Assembly (NCBI GenBank): GCA_028534125.1
Contig: CM052821.1
Coordinates: forward strand, 33,356,001 to 33,420,000
From: Lama glama
Taxonomy: Eukaryota
Length of the DNA stretch: 64,000 bases
Direction: 5' to 3'
Shown here: positions 23,101 to 35,790 of the stretch, one piece after another
Position numbering within the stretch: the first letter of the stretch is position 1
Layout: each line of letters opens with the position of its first letter
Notes under the pieces: model-generated
Database searches by the model: none
The model's input: only the letters and a program-made list of their open reading frames with translations
What the model was told of the DNA's origin: nothing
Position numbers and translations under genes: made by a program

Positions 23101-23339
23101 AGAGGGGGGGGTGTTAGGATGAGGGGTTACTGACTGGTCTTATTTACATCTTAAGTCAGCACCAGGCATTGGTCTTACCAGAAGCTGGGGGAGGCAGCTA
23201 GCCATTTAGAATTGCCATAAAGAATAAGTATGGTGCCCACACCCCCAAAACCCCTTCTGGTTCTTCATTCCAAGTGCGTTTTCAACACATTTAAGGTCTG
23301 GTAGAGGCTTAGGCTGTGGCTTTTACTGTGGTCTTATTT

Positions 23340-23520
23340 AGTGCCACTTACTCCATGTTGTTATTTAATTTTAACAACAACCCTCCATGGTACCATGTCA
23401 TCAATCCCATTTAATAGATGAGGAAAACTAAGTCTCAGAGAGGTTAAATGATTAAGACTGCACATTCAAGTGGGAAGTTGGGAGGTGGAGCTCTAGAATC
23501 CCTGCTAAATCATTCTGCAT
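23340..23520 (-). mobile_element. MIR fragment
   Basis: cccatttaatagatgaggaaaactaagtctcagagaggttaaatga. Confidence 0.7.
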
Positions 23521-25384
23521 CCTCCTTGTAGAGACAGATCTCCATCCTCATGTTCCTCTGGGGACCAGTTACTGGCATCTTGGAGACACTGCTGTTCTAA
23601 TTCTATCATGTTTACTCCATCTTTCTCACTGAAGTTAAACAACCACATTATTTATGACCTGCTACCGATTTTTCCCCATGTCACTCACTCAAACTCTGTG
23701 TCACTTACATCCCTTGCCTGTTGCCAACACCAATAAAGTCACGTTCATACCAATTTTTGAAGACCTGGGGATTCTGTGTTTTCTCTCTTAGAGGCTGCTT
23801 CCAATTTACTGAGGAAATACACACTTTCAGGGTTTTTTTTTGGTCCTGTGAAAAGGCAGAATCTCGAGGCTCTTCCTCCTCAGTGTGGGCGACACTGCCA
23901 TTTCCAGCACTGCAAACTTATCCTCCGGCCGCCCCCAAAAGCTTTATCAGGAGACATCGTGACTTCTCTCCGAAATTACACAGGTTGGTTTAAAAATAGA
24001 GTGCAGGGTTTCCCTTGTCAGGAGCACTGTCAGACTGCCCACTTTTGACAGCCACTTCTTCTTGGGTACATGTCAGAGCATTTTAATTTTTATGGAAAAA
24101 AAATTCTGCTTAAGTTATCTGGAGTTACCTGAAACTAACAAAAAGGTTCATTTGAAGCATCATAGGGGCGCCTTTAAAAATGTCTGTTTCCTGATTAAGA
24201 CTCATGCACGAATGGATTCTCTACACTTCATCATCTTTGCAGGGGCACTGCAAAGCACAAAAATGAATTTTAAAAATATATTCCAGCAGAGGCGAATGTC
24301 CTAACGTGAAGAGTTCTGCTGTGTGGAAGTGGATTCAGTTGGGAGGTACAAAGTAGCTTAGGTGCTGGGAAGAGATCAGCTTGCCTACTGAGTACACAAC
24401 AAATGGAACAAATAAATTGAAGACAAAACCCAATAAAAACAAAGCAAATACAAATAAGTTCTGCAAGTAAAAACAAATTAATTAAAAAAAAATAGAAAAC
24501 CACCCCACATAGACATGCTGGGAAAGAGAATGTCCTAACAACTTGCGTAAATATTCTCCAGTCCAGTCTTTTCCAACATGATAGGATTGGTTGAACATCT
24601 TGTCCTTTGTGTGCGGGAATGTAAAAATCTCCATTTTTTCCGTAACCTTTTGCCTCTCCGTTCCTCTCCTCTTATCTGTACTGTCTGTTCCTCCCTTATA
24701 TGGCTGTCCTCGGAAGTCCAGGAATTTGAGTGTTATGTGAAAGGCTAATCCTAATTGGGCTCAGTGACATTCCTTTCAGATGGGAGATATATGGGGGTCG
24801 TCCTGTGAAAGATCAACAAGGACCGGCATCTGCCGCCTGCCTGCATTGCCTCCTTCATTCAAGTCTCTCTAAATACCAGGCTGGGCTCAATGGCCCCACA
24901 GCCCTGTTATCCCCTCCCCCACATCCCTTTGCTCAGCCCACTGTTTCCTTAATTAGCAGGGCAAAGACGATCTCCTAGCATTTCTTCAACCTTCAACTTT
25001 GCGAAAACATGCTTTTGTTTATTATCTCCTTGATTGCATCCAAAAACCTGTGAGATCAGGAGGGCAGGAATTAATCAGTCACGTTCGGTTCACAGCTGAG
25101 AGGCTTGAGGCTTTCGTAGGTTCTGGTGATGGCTGATGATTTGCACAGCTCATTAACGACAGAGCCCATTTCCCCTCTCCCAGCCCCAGGCTCCTTGGCG
25201 CCTTAGTTGGGTGGTTTTCCCTAAACAGAATGCTTCCTGACTTTGGACATCAGGCACCATCTGTGGATCCAAGTTAGAGATTATTTCGTAATATGAAGCT
25301 CATCCAGCTTTCTGCCTCCATATTAAAGAAGCTTTCTTTATCTGAATCTCGATGACTTCATACTTTAGGAAGTGTATTAGTTTC

Positions 25385-25885
25385 ATCCATTCAACAAATA
25401 TTTATATGGTCTTAGTTTGAAGATGTAGCAGTGACAAAAACATACAAATTCTCTACCCTTGTGGCGCTTACATTTCAGTGGAGGAGACCAAGACTTAAAG
25501 AAATAAATACATCTATGCTAGGTCTGGTGGTAAGAAAGGCTAAGGAAGAAAATAAAGCAAGGTGAATGAAGTGTGCATTTAGATGAGATGGTTGGGGAAG
25601 GTTTCTCTGCTACAGTGATGTTTGACAACTGAGGATTTGAGGCAGTGGGTGCTGCAGATAGCTGGGTGAGGAGGAAGCATTCTAGGGAGGGTAACAGCAT
25701 GTGTATAGGCCCTGGGGTGGGAGAATGCAAACAGGATAGCTGACTGGAGCTGAGAGGAAAGGTGAGTGGTGGGAGATGAAGCCAGGGAGGTGGGCAGCGG
25801 AAGTGGCAGTGGGATAGAGCCATAGTGAGAATTTTGACTTTAACTCTAAATGAGATGGGACACTACTGGAGGTGTTTGAGTATGG
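25385..25885 (-). mobile_element. L2 LINE 3' fragment
   Basis: catccattcaacaaatattt...ctacccttgtggcgcttacatttcagtgg...aattttgactttaactctaaatgagatggg. Confidence 0.7.
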
Positions 25886-26001
25886 GGCTCTGGTGTCAAA
25901 GAGGGCATTTTGACAAGTGTCTGCAGCCTGCTTGGCTGGGGCTCAGCTCTGACCCTTTCCAGCCCAGCCTTTGTCCCACTCAATCTATTTTTGTTGTTCA
26001 C

Positions 26002-26967
26002 CAGTGGTGGCTACATAACTTGTGTGGCCTAATGCGAAAAGAAACGTGGGGACGTGTTCAAACAATAGGGAAAAAGATACAGTTAAAGGTACTAAAATAC
26101 AAAGCTTTTTTCTTCCTTCTGCAGTTACTCTCTTAGCTTGTCATAGTGTTTTAAATTTGCCATTTAATGTAATTCTAAGAGACATTAACATTTAAAATTA
26201 TTAGCATTAATTTTACTGTTCATCTTTATATTGCACAATGCCAATATAAACACCAGCTTTAAATGCAAATGTAAGAGCATTTTACTTGTATGTGGAATCA
26301 CCAAAATTATACATTTCATGTTTTGTACTTTGTATGTGCATATGTATTTTGTTTCTGCCAGAAAAGAGGAAATGCTGCATAAAACGAGCTCAACTGTTTC
26401 TTCTTTCTTGATATGCAACACATACCAACAGTCTACCTTTTGCTTACTGATGAATAAGAAAGCACTAAAAGGAAAAGGTACTTACTGGTTGCCCTAATTT
26501 TTCCTTTCTCTCTCTGTTATCATTTTTAGGGTAAGTGGTTAGCTAATCCAGGAAAGTCCTAGGAGTAGCAAAAGATGTGCTAAGATGCCACAGCCTTCTT
26601 TCTGCATGTGGAGCACGTTCTGGACGGAGTGGAAGACGTGGCCCCGAGGTGTGGTCAGCACTGCCACTTACACAGCCGTGGATGTTATACACTTACCTTG
26701 TACTTGCTTCCGGTCGCACTGAACTCCCAAATGTTGGGTCCACGTGATTTCTGTGCTCAGGAGGCATCGCAAATGCTGTGTGCAAATGCGGAGACAATGA
26801 ATGATGGACAAGCATCCTACATGTACTTCTTTTCCCGCTGTCTCACTGGACCTCACCTAGAAAGTTCAATGACAACCTCATTAAGAATTTTAGCACGGTG
26901 ACGTCAGAACATGAAGCCAAAAGCAGGACCCAAGGGGTACAGGCTGCATGTCCATGGAGCTGTCCTG
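26002..26967 (-). mobile_element. MER45B-like hAT-Tip100 DNA transposon, near full length, 8-bp TSD
   Basis: Termini cagtggtggctacataa... and ...catggagctgtcctg. Flanks TTGTTCAC (25994-26001) and TTTTTCAC (26968-26975). Confidence 0.8.
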
Positions 26968-28423
26968 TTTTTCACCCCACTCTTTTCTAGAACCAGTCTA
27001 GTCTTAGGGTAGGAGAGATTAAAGGGCTACCTGAGTGCCTGCCCTATGACTTGGCCTGGTGACAGTTCACCCTGCCAGTGAGCAGGGCTCTGAACCAAAT
27101 CTGGTTGAGAAGATGGTTCTTGCTTGGAACAGAGAGAGTTATCCCAGAAAGCACAAAGAAATATGAGAGAAAGGAACAAAGGAGAGGCTACTTAACACAA
27201 GTGAAAGGGAGAGAGCAGGTAGGGATGAGGAACAGAAAATAACTGATGGCCAAGGCGGCTGCCAGAGATGCTCCCTAACCATCTTGGTGTGGGGGGTGAG
27301 GAACCCGGGGCTCAGAGAACGGGGGCCAGCTTGGGAACCCTGGTGGTGTTGGCTGAGTTCAGTCTTAGGGCTGTTGGTAGGGGTCACCTCAAAGAAAAGG
27401 GACTACCGATAAAACTGAGAAATAATCAGGGCCCAGGAATAAACAGACAAAGTTGGATATGAGTAATTATTAATTTAAAAAGGGATCTGGACATTAGTTT
27501 CCTGGTTTTTTCATACGAAGTGAGGGCGAAATAGTGACTTCAGGATAGTCATTGTGTGTGTATGAGCTCTAACTATCTTTTCATGTGTATATATCTTTTA
27601 TACATGGATATTTTTTCTTTCCTCTCCCTTGGGGGAAGGATGAATGAGTAGAATTACCCGGGGGCAGGATAAAATGTCAAGAAAAGACAAGCTTTCTGAA
27701 TTTGGAGACAAGTGAGAAATTTGGGCTTCAGTTTCAGACTAGAGAATCAGGGCAGGAATGAGACATCAGAAAGGAGCTGGCGGACTGACATTTGTTTGTG
27801 ATTTATGGAGAAGGTTGTGGGAGTGGAAGTGTCTCCTCAAAGAAGTTGAAGCTCAGGAAACTTCTAGAGAGATCATCCATCTTGGGGAGAAGGGGTGAGG
27901 AGGAATTTCCCTGGGGCAAAGATCTGAGAAGATCCTGAGGAGAAAGCGGTGGTCTAGTTGGTGTCGCCCATAGACCAAGGCAAGAGGGGCGTCTTGAGTC
28001 CCCTGTTTACAGGGGTCCTGTCCTGGGATACCCTGGGCAAGGGTTCTGAGAGGCCAAGGGGACAGGCTCTCTTTCAAGACCACATCTTGAATGCCTAGGC
28101 TCTGCAAACTCTTGAGGCCTAAGTGTAGTGCCCACGTGGACATCCGCCCTAGGTTTATCCCCCTGATTGTAGGCTGTGGTGCACAACTAGGCTGCGGGGT
28201 TGCCAAGGGCTAGCTGTTAGGCAGGGTTTGAACTGCTTGGATGTGCCAGCTGGGTTATCCCCAGGCTGCTTGTGGGGCTGGATGGAACTGAGAGATGGAG
28301 AAGGGGTGGGCGGGGGACAGGGGAGGGCTCTCCCCATGTCTCTGTGATTCAGTGTGCAACTCTGACGGGTCCAAAAATACCGAATTTGAACCTGACCTTC
28401 CTTGTTATTAAAAACATAGAATT

Positions 28424-28550
28424 GGGGGAAGGATATAGCTCAGTGGTAGAACGCGTGCTTGGCACGCATAAAGTCATGGGTTTGATCCCCAACACCTCTG
28501 TTAAATAAAAAATAACAATAATAAATAAATAAACCTAATTACCCACCTTC
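28424..28550 (+). mobile_element. Camelid tRNA-derived SINE (Vic-1-like)
   Basis: GGGGGAAGGATATAGCTCAGTGGTAGAACGCGTGCTTGGCACGC...ATCCCCAACACCTC..AATAAATAAACCTAATTACC. Confidence 0.9.
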
Positions 28551-29419
28551 TAAAACTGAAGACTGAATTGTTAAAGCCAGAGGATAGAGTATATTTTATT
28601 TACCCATTTATTCACTTTTTTTTTAAACTTTACTTATTCACTTGGTATGTGGGCATTCATTTGTTCTCCCACCCTGGCTCTGCCTCCCCGTGAATTCTTT
28701 CATGGCTTGGCTTAGATGAAGGTGGAGGGTGCTGAAATTCTGCCTTTTCCCTTCCCCCAACACTGTGATTATTTTGTTATTATCCTTAGCAATTAAGATG
28801 GAGACTCTTAAAGACCGGATAGCAGATTCTTCCTGCCTAAATATATTCTGAATTACTTCCCATTGTGTGAATGGATATAGTTGTTTTTAAGTGAAGAATA
28901 AAAACATTTTGTTGTTTTAGGCACTATTTGTTCCTTCGATCTGTTCCTTGAACGTGAGGGGGGAAAAAAAAACGGAGGGACCAGAATTACTGGTTAAATT
29001 GAGTATCCTGTTTCCGCAGATGACAGGAAGGCATTCCTTCCTCAGGGAACTGGGGCTCAGAGATCCTCTGCAAATCAGAGAAGCCAAGATCAGTCTGTAC
29101 AGCCTGCTTTTTCCTCGTCCTTTAAACTCAGATCCCAAATCTCTTTTTCTTTCTCAGACTTGAAATTAGGAGTTTAAAAAAAGAGAAGTAAAACAGGTTG
29201 GGTAAGGAGAGCAGTAGATCCTGAATGTTCTGTTGATTTAAAGTTTCAACTTCTGCTTTGGCCCAGGACCTGGAAGCAGAGCTGAGGCCGTTGAGGGGGC
29301 GGTGGGAGGGGGGCTTTAAGATTCCTTTCTGGAACACGTGACAAGGCCAATGTGTTTTACGACAGTATGGACAATATTAACAGATGTAGTTTCGGTTCTT
29401 GTCAACAACATGAAGACGT

Positions 29420-29650
29420 ATTTCCTGAGCAATTCTTAGTGTGCTAGATATATGCTGAACATACGATTTGCATTATCTCATAATTAGCAGATTCTAATAC
29501 AATTATTGATTATTGTTCTCATTTTACAGATAAGGAAATGGAGGATTTAAGACACCTGTCCAAGATTCTAGAGCTAGTCAGTTACTCAGCTGGACCTGAA
29601 ACCAGTTCTTTTTGATAACAAAGTTCATGCTTTTGACCATGAGGCTACAC
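29420..29650 (-). mobile_element. MIR fragment
   Basis: ctcattttacagataaggaaatggagg. Confidence 0.65.
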
Positions 29651-30334
29651 TGCACAGCTTTCTAATAGGAGGTTTGAGGTCGGGTCAGTTATTGCATTTA
29701 ATTTGTAGAAGAGCAACATTTAGGCACATCATCTTGTCTGACTTTTTCGATGAATAGTTGTGAAAGCACAGCTCCAGAGAGGACAAGTGACTGATTTGGG
29801 GTCAAACAGCTGGTTAGTGGCAAAACCAAAATTCAGGTTGTCCTAGATTCTACATTGGCAGTTATTCTGCTACATTCTGATGAAGGACTCGTTTGAAAGT
29901 ACGGTTGAGTGACGGTGGGTGGGGAAAGTGGAAATGTTCCCTTTTAAAATTCAAACGTGGAGCAGACCGCCAGCCTTTCTTATTTCCCTGCTTTTTCTTT
30001 GCCTTGTAATCTGTTCCATGAATTCTGAAAGCTTTCACGAGGAAATCCATTGCTTATGGTTTGACCTTAATATGTCATAGTAGGGATGAAGGTATGTGGT
30101 GGTTTCTCCTGCAAAAACAAACATCAAACAGGGGCTTTGTTTTTCTGGTTGTTCCAGCAAACTGTCTTCCTTCTTTTCCTTGGTGGGTAGGGTATAAAAG
30201 GTGAGAGAGGCATGCCCCAATTTTCAAGTACCTAATTTACACCTGACTTCCAGTGTGAACAACACTTTGTTCTCCATCTTGCCTAATAGAAATTGTGGGG
30301 GAAGGTCACATGATGTCTCTTATTTACTTAAAAC

Positions 30335-30860
30335 ATTTTATTTATTTATTTTTCTTTCCATTTATTTAATTTTTTTTAATGGAAGTATAGTTGGTTTACA
30401 ATGTTGTGTTAATTTCTAGTGTACAGCATAGAGATTCAGTTTTATATATATATATATATATATATATTTCTTTTCCTATTCTTTTTCATTATAGGTTACT
30501 AAAAGATACTGAATATAGTTCCCTGCTATAGAGTAGGATGTTGCTATTTATCTAGTTTATATATAGTAGTTAGTATCTGCAAATCCCAAACTCCCAGTTT
30601 ATCCCTCCCCTCTCCCCTTTGGTAACCATAAGTTTGTTTTCTATGTTTGTGAGTCTGTTTCTCTTTTGTAAATAAATTCATGTAATTTTGTTTTTTTTCA
30701 GATTCCACATATAAGTGATATCATATGGTATTTTTCTTTCTCTTTCTGGTTTACTTCACTTAGTATGACAATCTTCAGGTCCATCCATGTTGCTGCAAAT
30801 GGCATTATTTTATTCTTTTTATGGCTGAGTAGTATTCCATTGTGTGTGTGTGTGTATCAC
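30335..30860 (-). mobile_element. Lineage-specific L1 3'UTR (5'-truncated) with T-rich tail and (TA)n
   Basis: gaagtatagttggtttacaatgttgtg...gattccacatataagtgatatcatatgg...ggctgagtagtattccattg. Confidence 0.9.
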
Positions 30861-30921
30861 AATGTAAATACTTCTGCGTAAAAAAGACAAGTTTTAAAAA
30901 GGAAACTGAAAATTTTTTGAA

Positions 30922-31303
30922 TCTTGTTTTACTTCTGGTTTTTTTTGCTGTGCAGAAGCTTGTAAGTTTCATTAGGTCCCATTTGTTTATTCTTGCTTTT
31001 ATTTCTTCTAGGAGAAAATTTTTGAAATGTATGTCAGATAATGTTTTGCCTGTTTTCCTCTAGGAGGTTTATTGTGTCTTGTCTTATGTTTAAGTCTTTG
31101 ATCAATTTTGATTGATTTTTGTATATGGTGTAAGGGAGTGTTCTAGCTTCATTGTTTTACATGCTGCTGTCCAGTTTTCCCAGTACCATTTGCTGAAGAG
31201 ACTGTCTTTATTCCATTGTATATTCTTGCCTCCTTTGTTGAAGATTAGTTGACCAAAAGTTTGTGGGTTCATTTCTGGGCTCTCTATTCTGTTCCATTGG
31301 TCT
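30922..31303 (-). mobile_element. L1 ORF2 internal fragment flanked by a direct repeat
   Basis: ORF 31102-31326(-) reads [43 protein letters not shown], which is L1 ORF2p. CTGAAAATTTTTTGAA occurs at 30906 and 31304. Confidence 0.9.
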
Positions 31304-31347
31304 CTGAAAATTTTTTGAAACGTCAATCTACTATATGGATTCAGAAG

Positions 31348-31850
31348 TTGTTTCAGTTCGCTTTTGTAGTAGAACCAATGTTCCCAAAATGCGGTGGCCT
31401 AAATCACAATCATTTATTTGCTCACAATCCTTTGGGTCAGCAGTCTGTGCAGGGCTCAGCTGGGACTGTGCGTCTCAGCTTTCACTATGGCTGGAGTGGG
31501 GACAAAAACACACGGTTGGCGACGATGTCCGCGAGGGTTCCTTCCATCCCCACCCAAAGGCCCCTTGGTAATGTGGCTGCCACTCCTCTCACCAAATAGA
31601 AGAGTTTATTTCTCTGCTCCTGGAATCTTTAACCAGGTGACTACTCTTGCCCGAGGGGGCACTGGCAAACATGACAAATACTTGCACGATGGGGGCTTGC
31701 TCTCTTGCTGCTGGGAACCAGGAGCCCACCTTCTAAAGAAGACTAAACGAATTTCCTGGAGAAGGAGAAGCCGCATGGAGAGACGGGCCAACCATCTTCA
31801 CTGCTGAGGCTGTCTTAGACCTTTCAGTCCCTGTCAGGTTGACCCAGACC
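31348..31850. mobile_element. MaLR LTR fragments (MLT1F/G-like)
   Basis: ccaaaatgcggtggcctaaatcacaatcatttatttgctcacaatc...; cttgctctcttgctgctgggaacc. Confidence 0.6.
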
Positions 31851-33061
31851 AGAAGAACTTAGAGAAATAAGTCATTGGTCCTAGAAGCCACTTACTCTTC
31901 ACTTTTTGTTTTTTTTTGTTTAAAATATCACATTTACTAACCAGATCAAAAGTCTTAGGGATTACAGTGATTTTTTTAAAAAATGATTTTTGTATGCTTA
32001 ACAGCCTGAATGATTCCCTAGCAATCTGAGGCAGTCTTAAGAAATCTTCTCCCACAAAATGGTATTACTGGTATCACTGCCTGACATAGAGCTTGTGAAA
32101 CCATTGTTGTAAGACAAAAAGTCCTTTCTGGTGAAGAAATCAGTGAAAGGGAAGTCGAGAATGATGTGCCGGCACCATGGATTTACAGAGCTGCTCTAAG
32201 CAAGGGCTTTCGCCCCGTCTCCCAGCAAAGGGGATCAATAGCTAAAAATACCTTCTGAAAATACCTTCAAATGGCACCTGCAACATAATTCTAAATGAAT
32301 AAAGGTCAAGTGTGTAAACTAGACTAATGGTGCTTAAATGAGTGAAAGAATTAAAAAATAAAGAGGCAATCTGGAGACTCTTTTTACTTCCTCTTGGAAT
32401 ATAACTTTTCTTTAAGAAGAACAGGGAAAATCCTTCCTACTCTTTGACTTCCTGGGTTAGCGGATATTTTCAGGCATTTGGTCTAATCACATCAATGTCT
32501 TGAGAAAAACGTTCCATTTGACTTTCAACAGATGTTGTTGATGCATAAAAATCCACCAGGAAATACCTTCTTCTGTTGTGTGTTCACTGTGGATGGAGAT
32601 CAAACAAGGAAGTGCCTGTTTCCCCACGTTTTCCAAGTTCCTCACTATGGCTCCATGTCCATTGGGACAGACCAGGGGTGGCTGTCTCTAGTGGTTGCAT
32701 GGCTTTCTGGATCAAAGCCAGCACTAAAGTGGGGCATTGCTCCTGTACGCCATGTGTGGCTTGGGACTGGGGCAGCTCCCGGGACACAGGAGGACTGGGC
32801 TTGTGGTATGGGGGCCATAAGGATTAGAAGGACTGCAGGGACAGCACTGGAACTGGTGGGTAAGAAGATTCCTGGGGCATGAAAAGCCTAAGCCATTCAG
32901 TTTGGGAGTGGTTCGTTTGGCAACTAAAACTAACTGGTATATAAATAGAACAACCTTAGAAGATTGTTTAGAGTATTACTAATTATGAAAACAATGCCAA
33001 TGCCAATGCCAATGCCCAGCAGGTGAGAACAGCATAAAAATTACTACTACTATAGTAGTAC

Positions 33062-34085
33062 TATATAATTAACATATAACATTGTATTCATTTTAGGTGT
33101 ACAATATAATGATTTGATATATGTAGATAGTATGAAATGATTACCAGAATACATTTAGTTAACATTTATCACCATACTTAGTCACTTTTTTTTTCTTATG
33201 ATGAGAACTACTTAGATTGGCTCTCTTAGAAAGTTTCAAATATATTCTACAGTATTGTTAACTATAGTTACCATGCTGTACCTTTTATGCCAGGACTTAC
33301 TGAATTTATAATTAGAAGTTTGTACTTTTTTAAAATTGAACTATAGTTGATTTATAATGTTGTGTTAGTTTCTTGTGTACAGCATAGTGACTCAGTTATA
33401 CATATATATATTCTTCTTCATCACAGGTTATACGAGCTATTGAATATAGTTCCCTGTGCCACACAGTAGGTCCTTGTTTATTTTATATATGGTAGTGTGC
33501 ATCTGTTAATCCCATACTCCTAGTTTATTCCTCCCCCTGCCCTTTCCCCTTTGGTAGCCATAAATTTGTTTTCTATGTTTGTGAGTCTGTTTCTGTTTTG
33601 TAAATAAGTTCATTTGTGTCATTTTTTTAGATTTCACATATAAATGATATGATATTTGTCTTTCTCTGTCTGACCTACTTCACTTAGTATGATAATCTCT
33701 AGGTCCACCCATGTTGTTGCAAATAACATTATTTTTTCTTTTTTATGGCTGAGTAGTATTCCATTCCATTGTGGTATTTAAATACGACATCTTCGTTACC
33801 CATTCATCCCTCGAAGGACATTTATGTTGTTTCCATGACTTTGCTATTGTAACCAGTGCTGCTATGAACGTTGGGGTGCATGTATCTTTCCAAATTAGAG
33901 TTTTTTCTGGATATATGCCCAGGAGTGGGATTGCTGGATCATATGGTTACTCTATTTTTAGTTTTTTCAAGGAATTTACATAATTTACATAATGACTGCA
34001 GCAAATACATTCCCATCTAGAAGTCTGTGCTTTCTGACCACCTTCATCCATTTCACCCATCCCCCAACATCTGGTAACCCCCAGA
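33062..34085 (-). mobile_element. L1MA9-like 3' end (33062-33330 and 34018-34085) interrupted by a younger L1 3' end (33331-34017)
   Basis: Two successive antisense L1 3' termini. The older element resumes after a diverged TSD: TAGAAGTTTGTACTTTTT vs TAGAAGTCTGTGCTTTCT. Confidence 0.85.
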
Positions 34086-35241
34086 GGTTATTAAAAACTA
34101 CTGTTATCAAAACTAACAAGGGTGTTAATGAGCCTGACAACCAAAATATCCTGTATTTCCCATACAAAAAGTCCTTGTTGGCAAAGGTCAAAGGACTTTC
34201 ATAGAATGACCTCATTTAAATGTATACACTCTGTCAAAAAATGTTTGCCCTACACTTCCATTTGTAATTGCTGACATGTATTCTATGTTACTTAGAGATA
34301 CTTCTGAGGGGATAGTGTTAATAGAAATATAAGCAAGTACAGTATCTGTAGGAATTAGAGATATGAAGGATTGGCTAACTTTTCGCATAGAAGGTGAAGG
34401 ATTGGCTGGCTTTTCATAATTTAGTCAGATTGCTTCCCTCTGGACATCTCAACTATTTGAAGGGAGAAAGGATTTTTACTGTAGGGAGAGACAAAGGAAG
34501 GGAGCACTTTGGAAGGCTGGGATGTAGTGGTTGCAACTAAGGGGTGTGGATCAGTACAAATGTGATGAGGTCCTGGAGAAGACCTACAGGAGCTGGTAAA
34601 CAGTGTATGGAGCAGGTGATGGTGCTGAAGACAAGGTCTTGGGCTGGTCTTGACTTCAGGAATTGAGGAGAAAACGTCCTATTCCTCTTGCTTCCTATTC
34701 CTCAAAGCCCATCACATTGGAGTTCTTAGCATAGGTTAGATACATTATGACATACGATAGTATTTTCCCAAATATGTTCTTTGTTTCATTAACATCTCAA
34801 AATGTTCAGACGTTAGAGATAAGGAGTAAAATAAATCTGACAAATATAATATATTAAATTCTACTTTTTATTGATGCATATTAGTAATAATGTGTTGAAG
34901 ACTTTAAGAAATACTACAGTAAAGACATTATTCCCTCTTTTTAAAATCCAATGCTTGTCAATTCTGTTTAAAGACAGAATTATTTCCCTCTATAAAGTGT
35001 TTCAACATCTCATAAAACTGGCTTTCACTTGAGAAAAGCTGAGTTAGTTGGCTCAATTCAACCTGTAGTTATGTGTATGTGTGTATATATATATATATAT
35101 GTATGCATGCATATGCTAAGTATCTTGGACAGATACAAAGATATGTTAGATATGGTATTGGTTTCAGAAAATTAATAGGCACAATGGGGAATATAAAAAT
35201 GGTACACAAAAATATTATATGAAATAGAAAGAGATAAGGGC

Positions 35242-35790
35242 TGTATCAGTATTTCCACTCGAAATAACAAAGCCCAGCTCAAAGTGGCCTGAATGGTAAG
35301 AGGGAATGATTGACTTACGTAACTGGCAAGTTCAGAGGGAGAGCAGGCTTAAGGAGCTTGTTCTATCAGGATCCTGGCTCTATTTCTCCTGCCCTCCTCT
35401 GGGTGTCAATTTCATGCTGGCTTTCTTGATGGGAACAACATGTCTTTCCACCAACATGAGTCATATTATCCTTAATTTTCAAGTCCAGGAAAAGAATGTC
35501 CCCTCCTACAGCCATTGGTCAAAAGTCCTAAGATTTGTGCTGACTGGACCCCTCCTGAAACAGTCCATATGGCCAGGAAAATGCCAAATACCTGCTGGTT
35601 TAGGACCGAGTTACCTGGATCAAAGACTAGGTCAAGAGAGATGAGATTACTCTGATCAGCACAGACTCCACTCCAGGAAATAGGGGTGGGCTCAATCTCA
35701 CTGGAATGCTATGGCCATTACCACAGATCGGAGAGGGTAGAAGGCATGTGGGGGGGGGGGGAATAACCACAATGTCCACCATGGAAGGAC
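35242..35790. mobile_element. MaLR LTR (MLT1K/L-like)
   Basis: aataacaaagcccagctcaaagtggcctgaa...gggaatgattgacttacgtaactggcaagttcagagg. Confidence 0.6.

Noticed and set aside
28120-28145. CTCF-like motif tagtgcccacgtggaca (also 53812-53830)
   Set aside because: Spacing and mismatches break the core consensus.
28424-28500. tRNA-Ala-like gene (also 13730-13801, 60120-60195)
   Set aside because: Degenerate stems and A-rich SINE tails indicate SINEs, not tRNA genes.
31102-31326. 74-aa ORF as a functional gene
   Set aside because: Fragment of L1 ORF2p.
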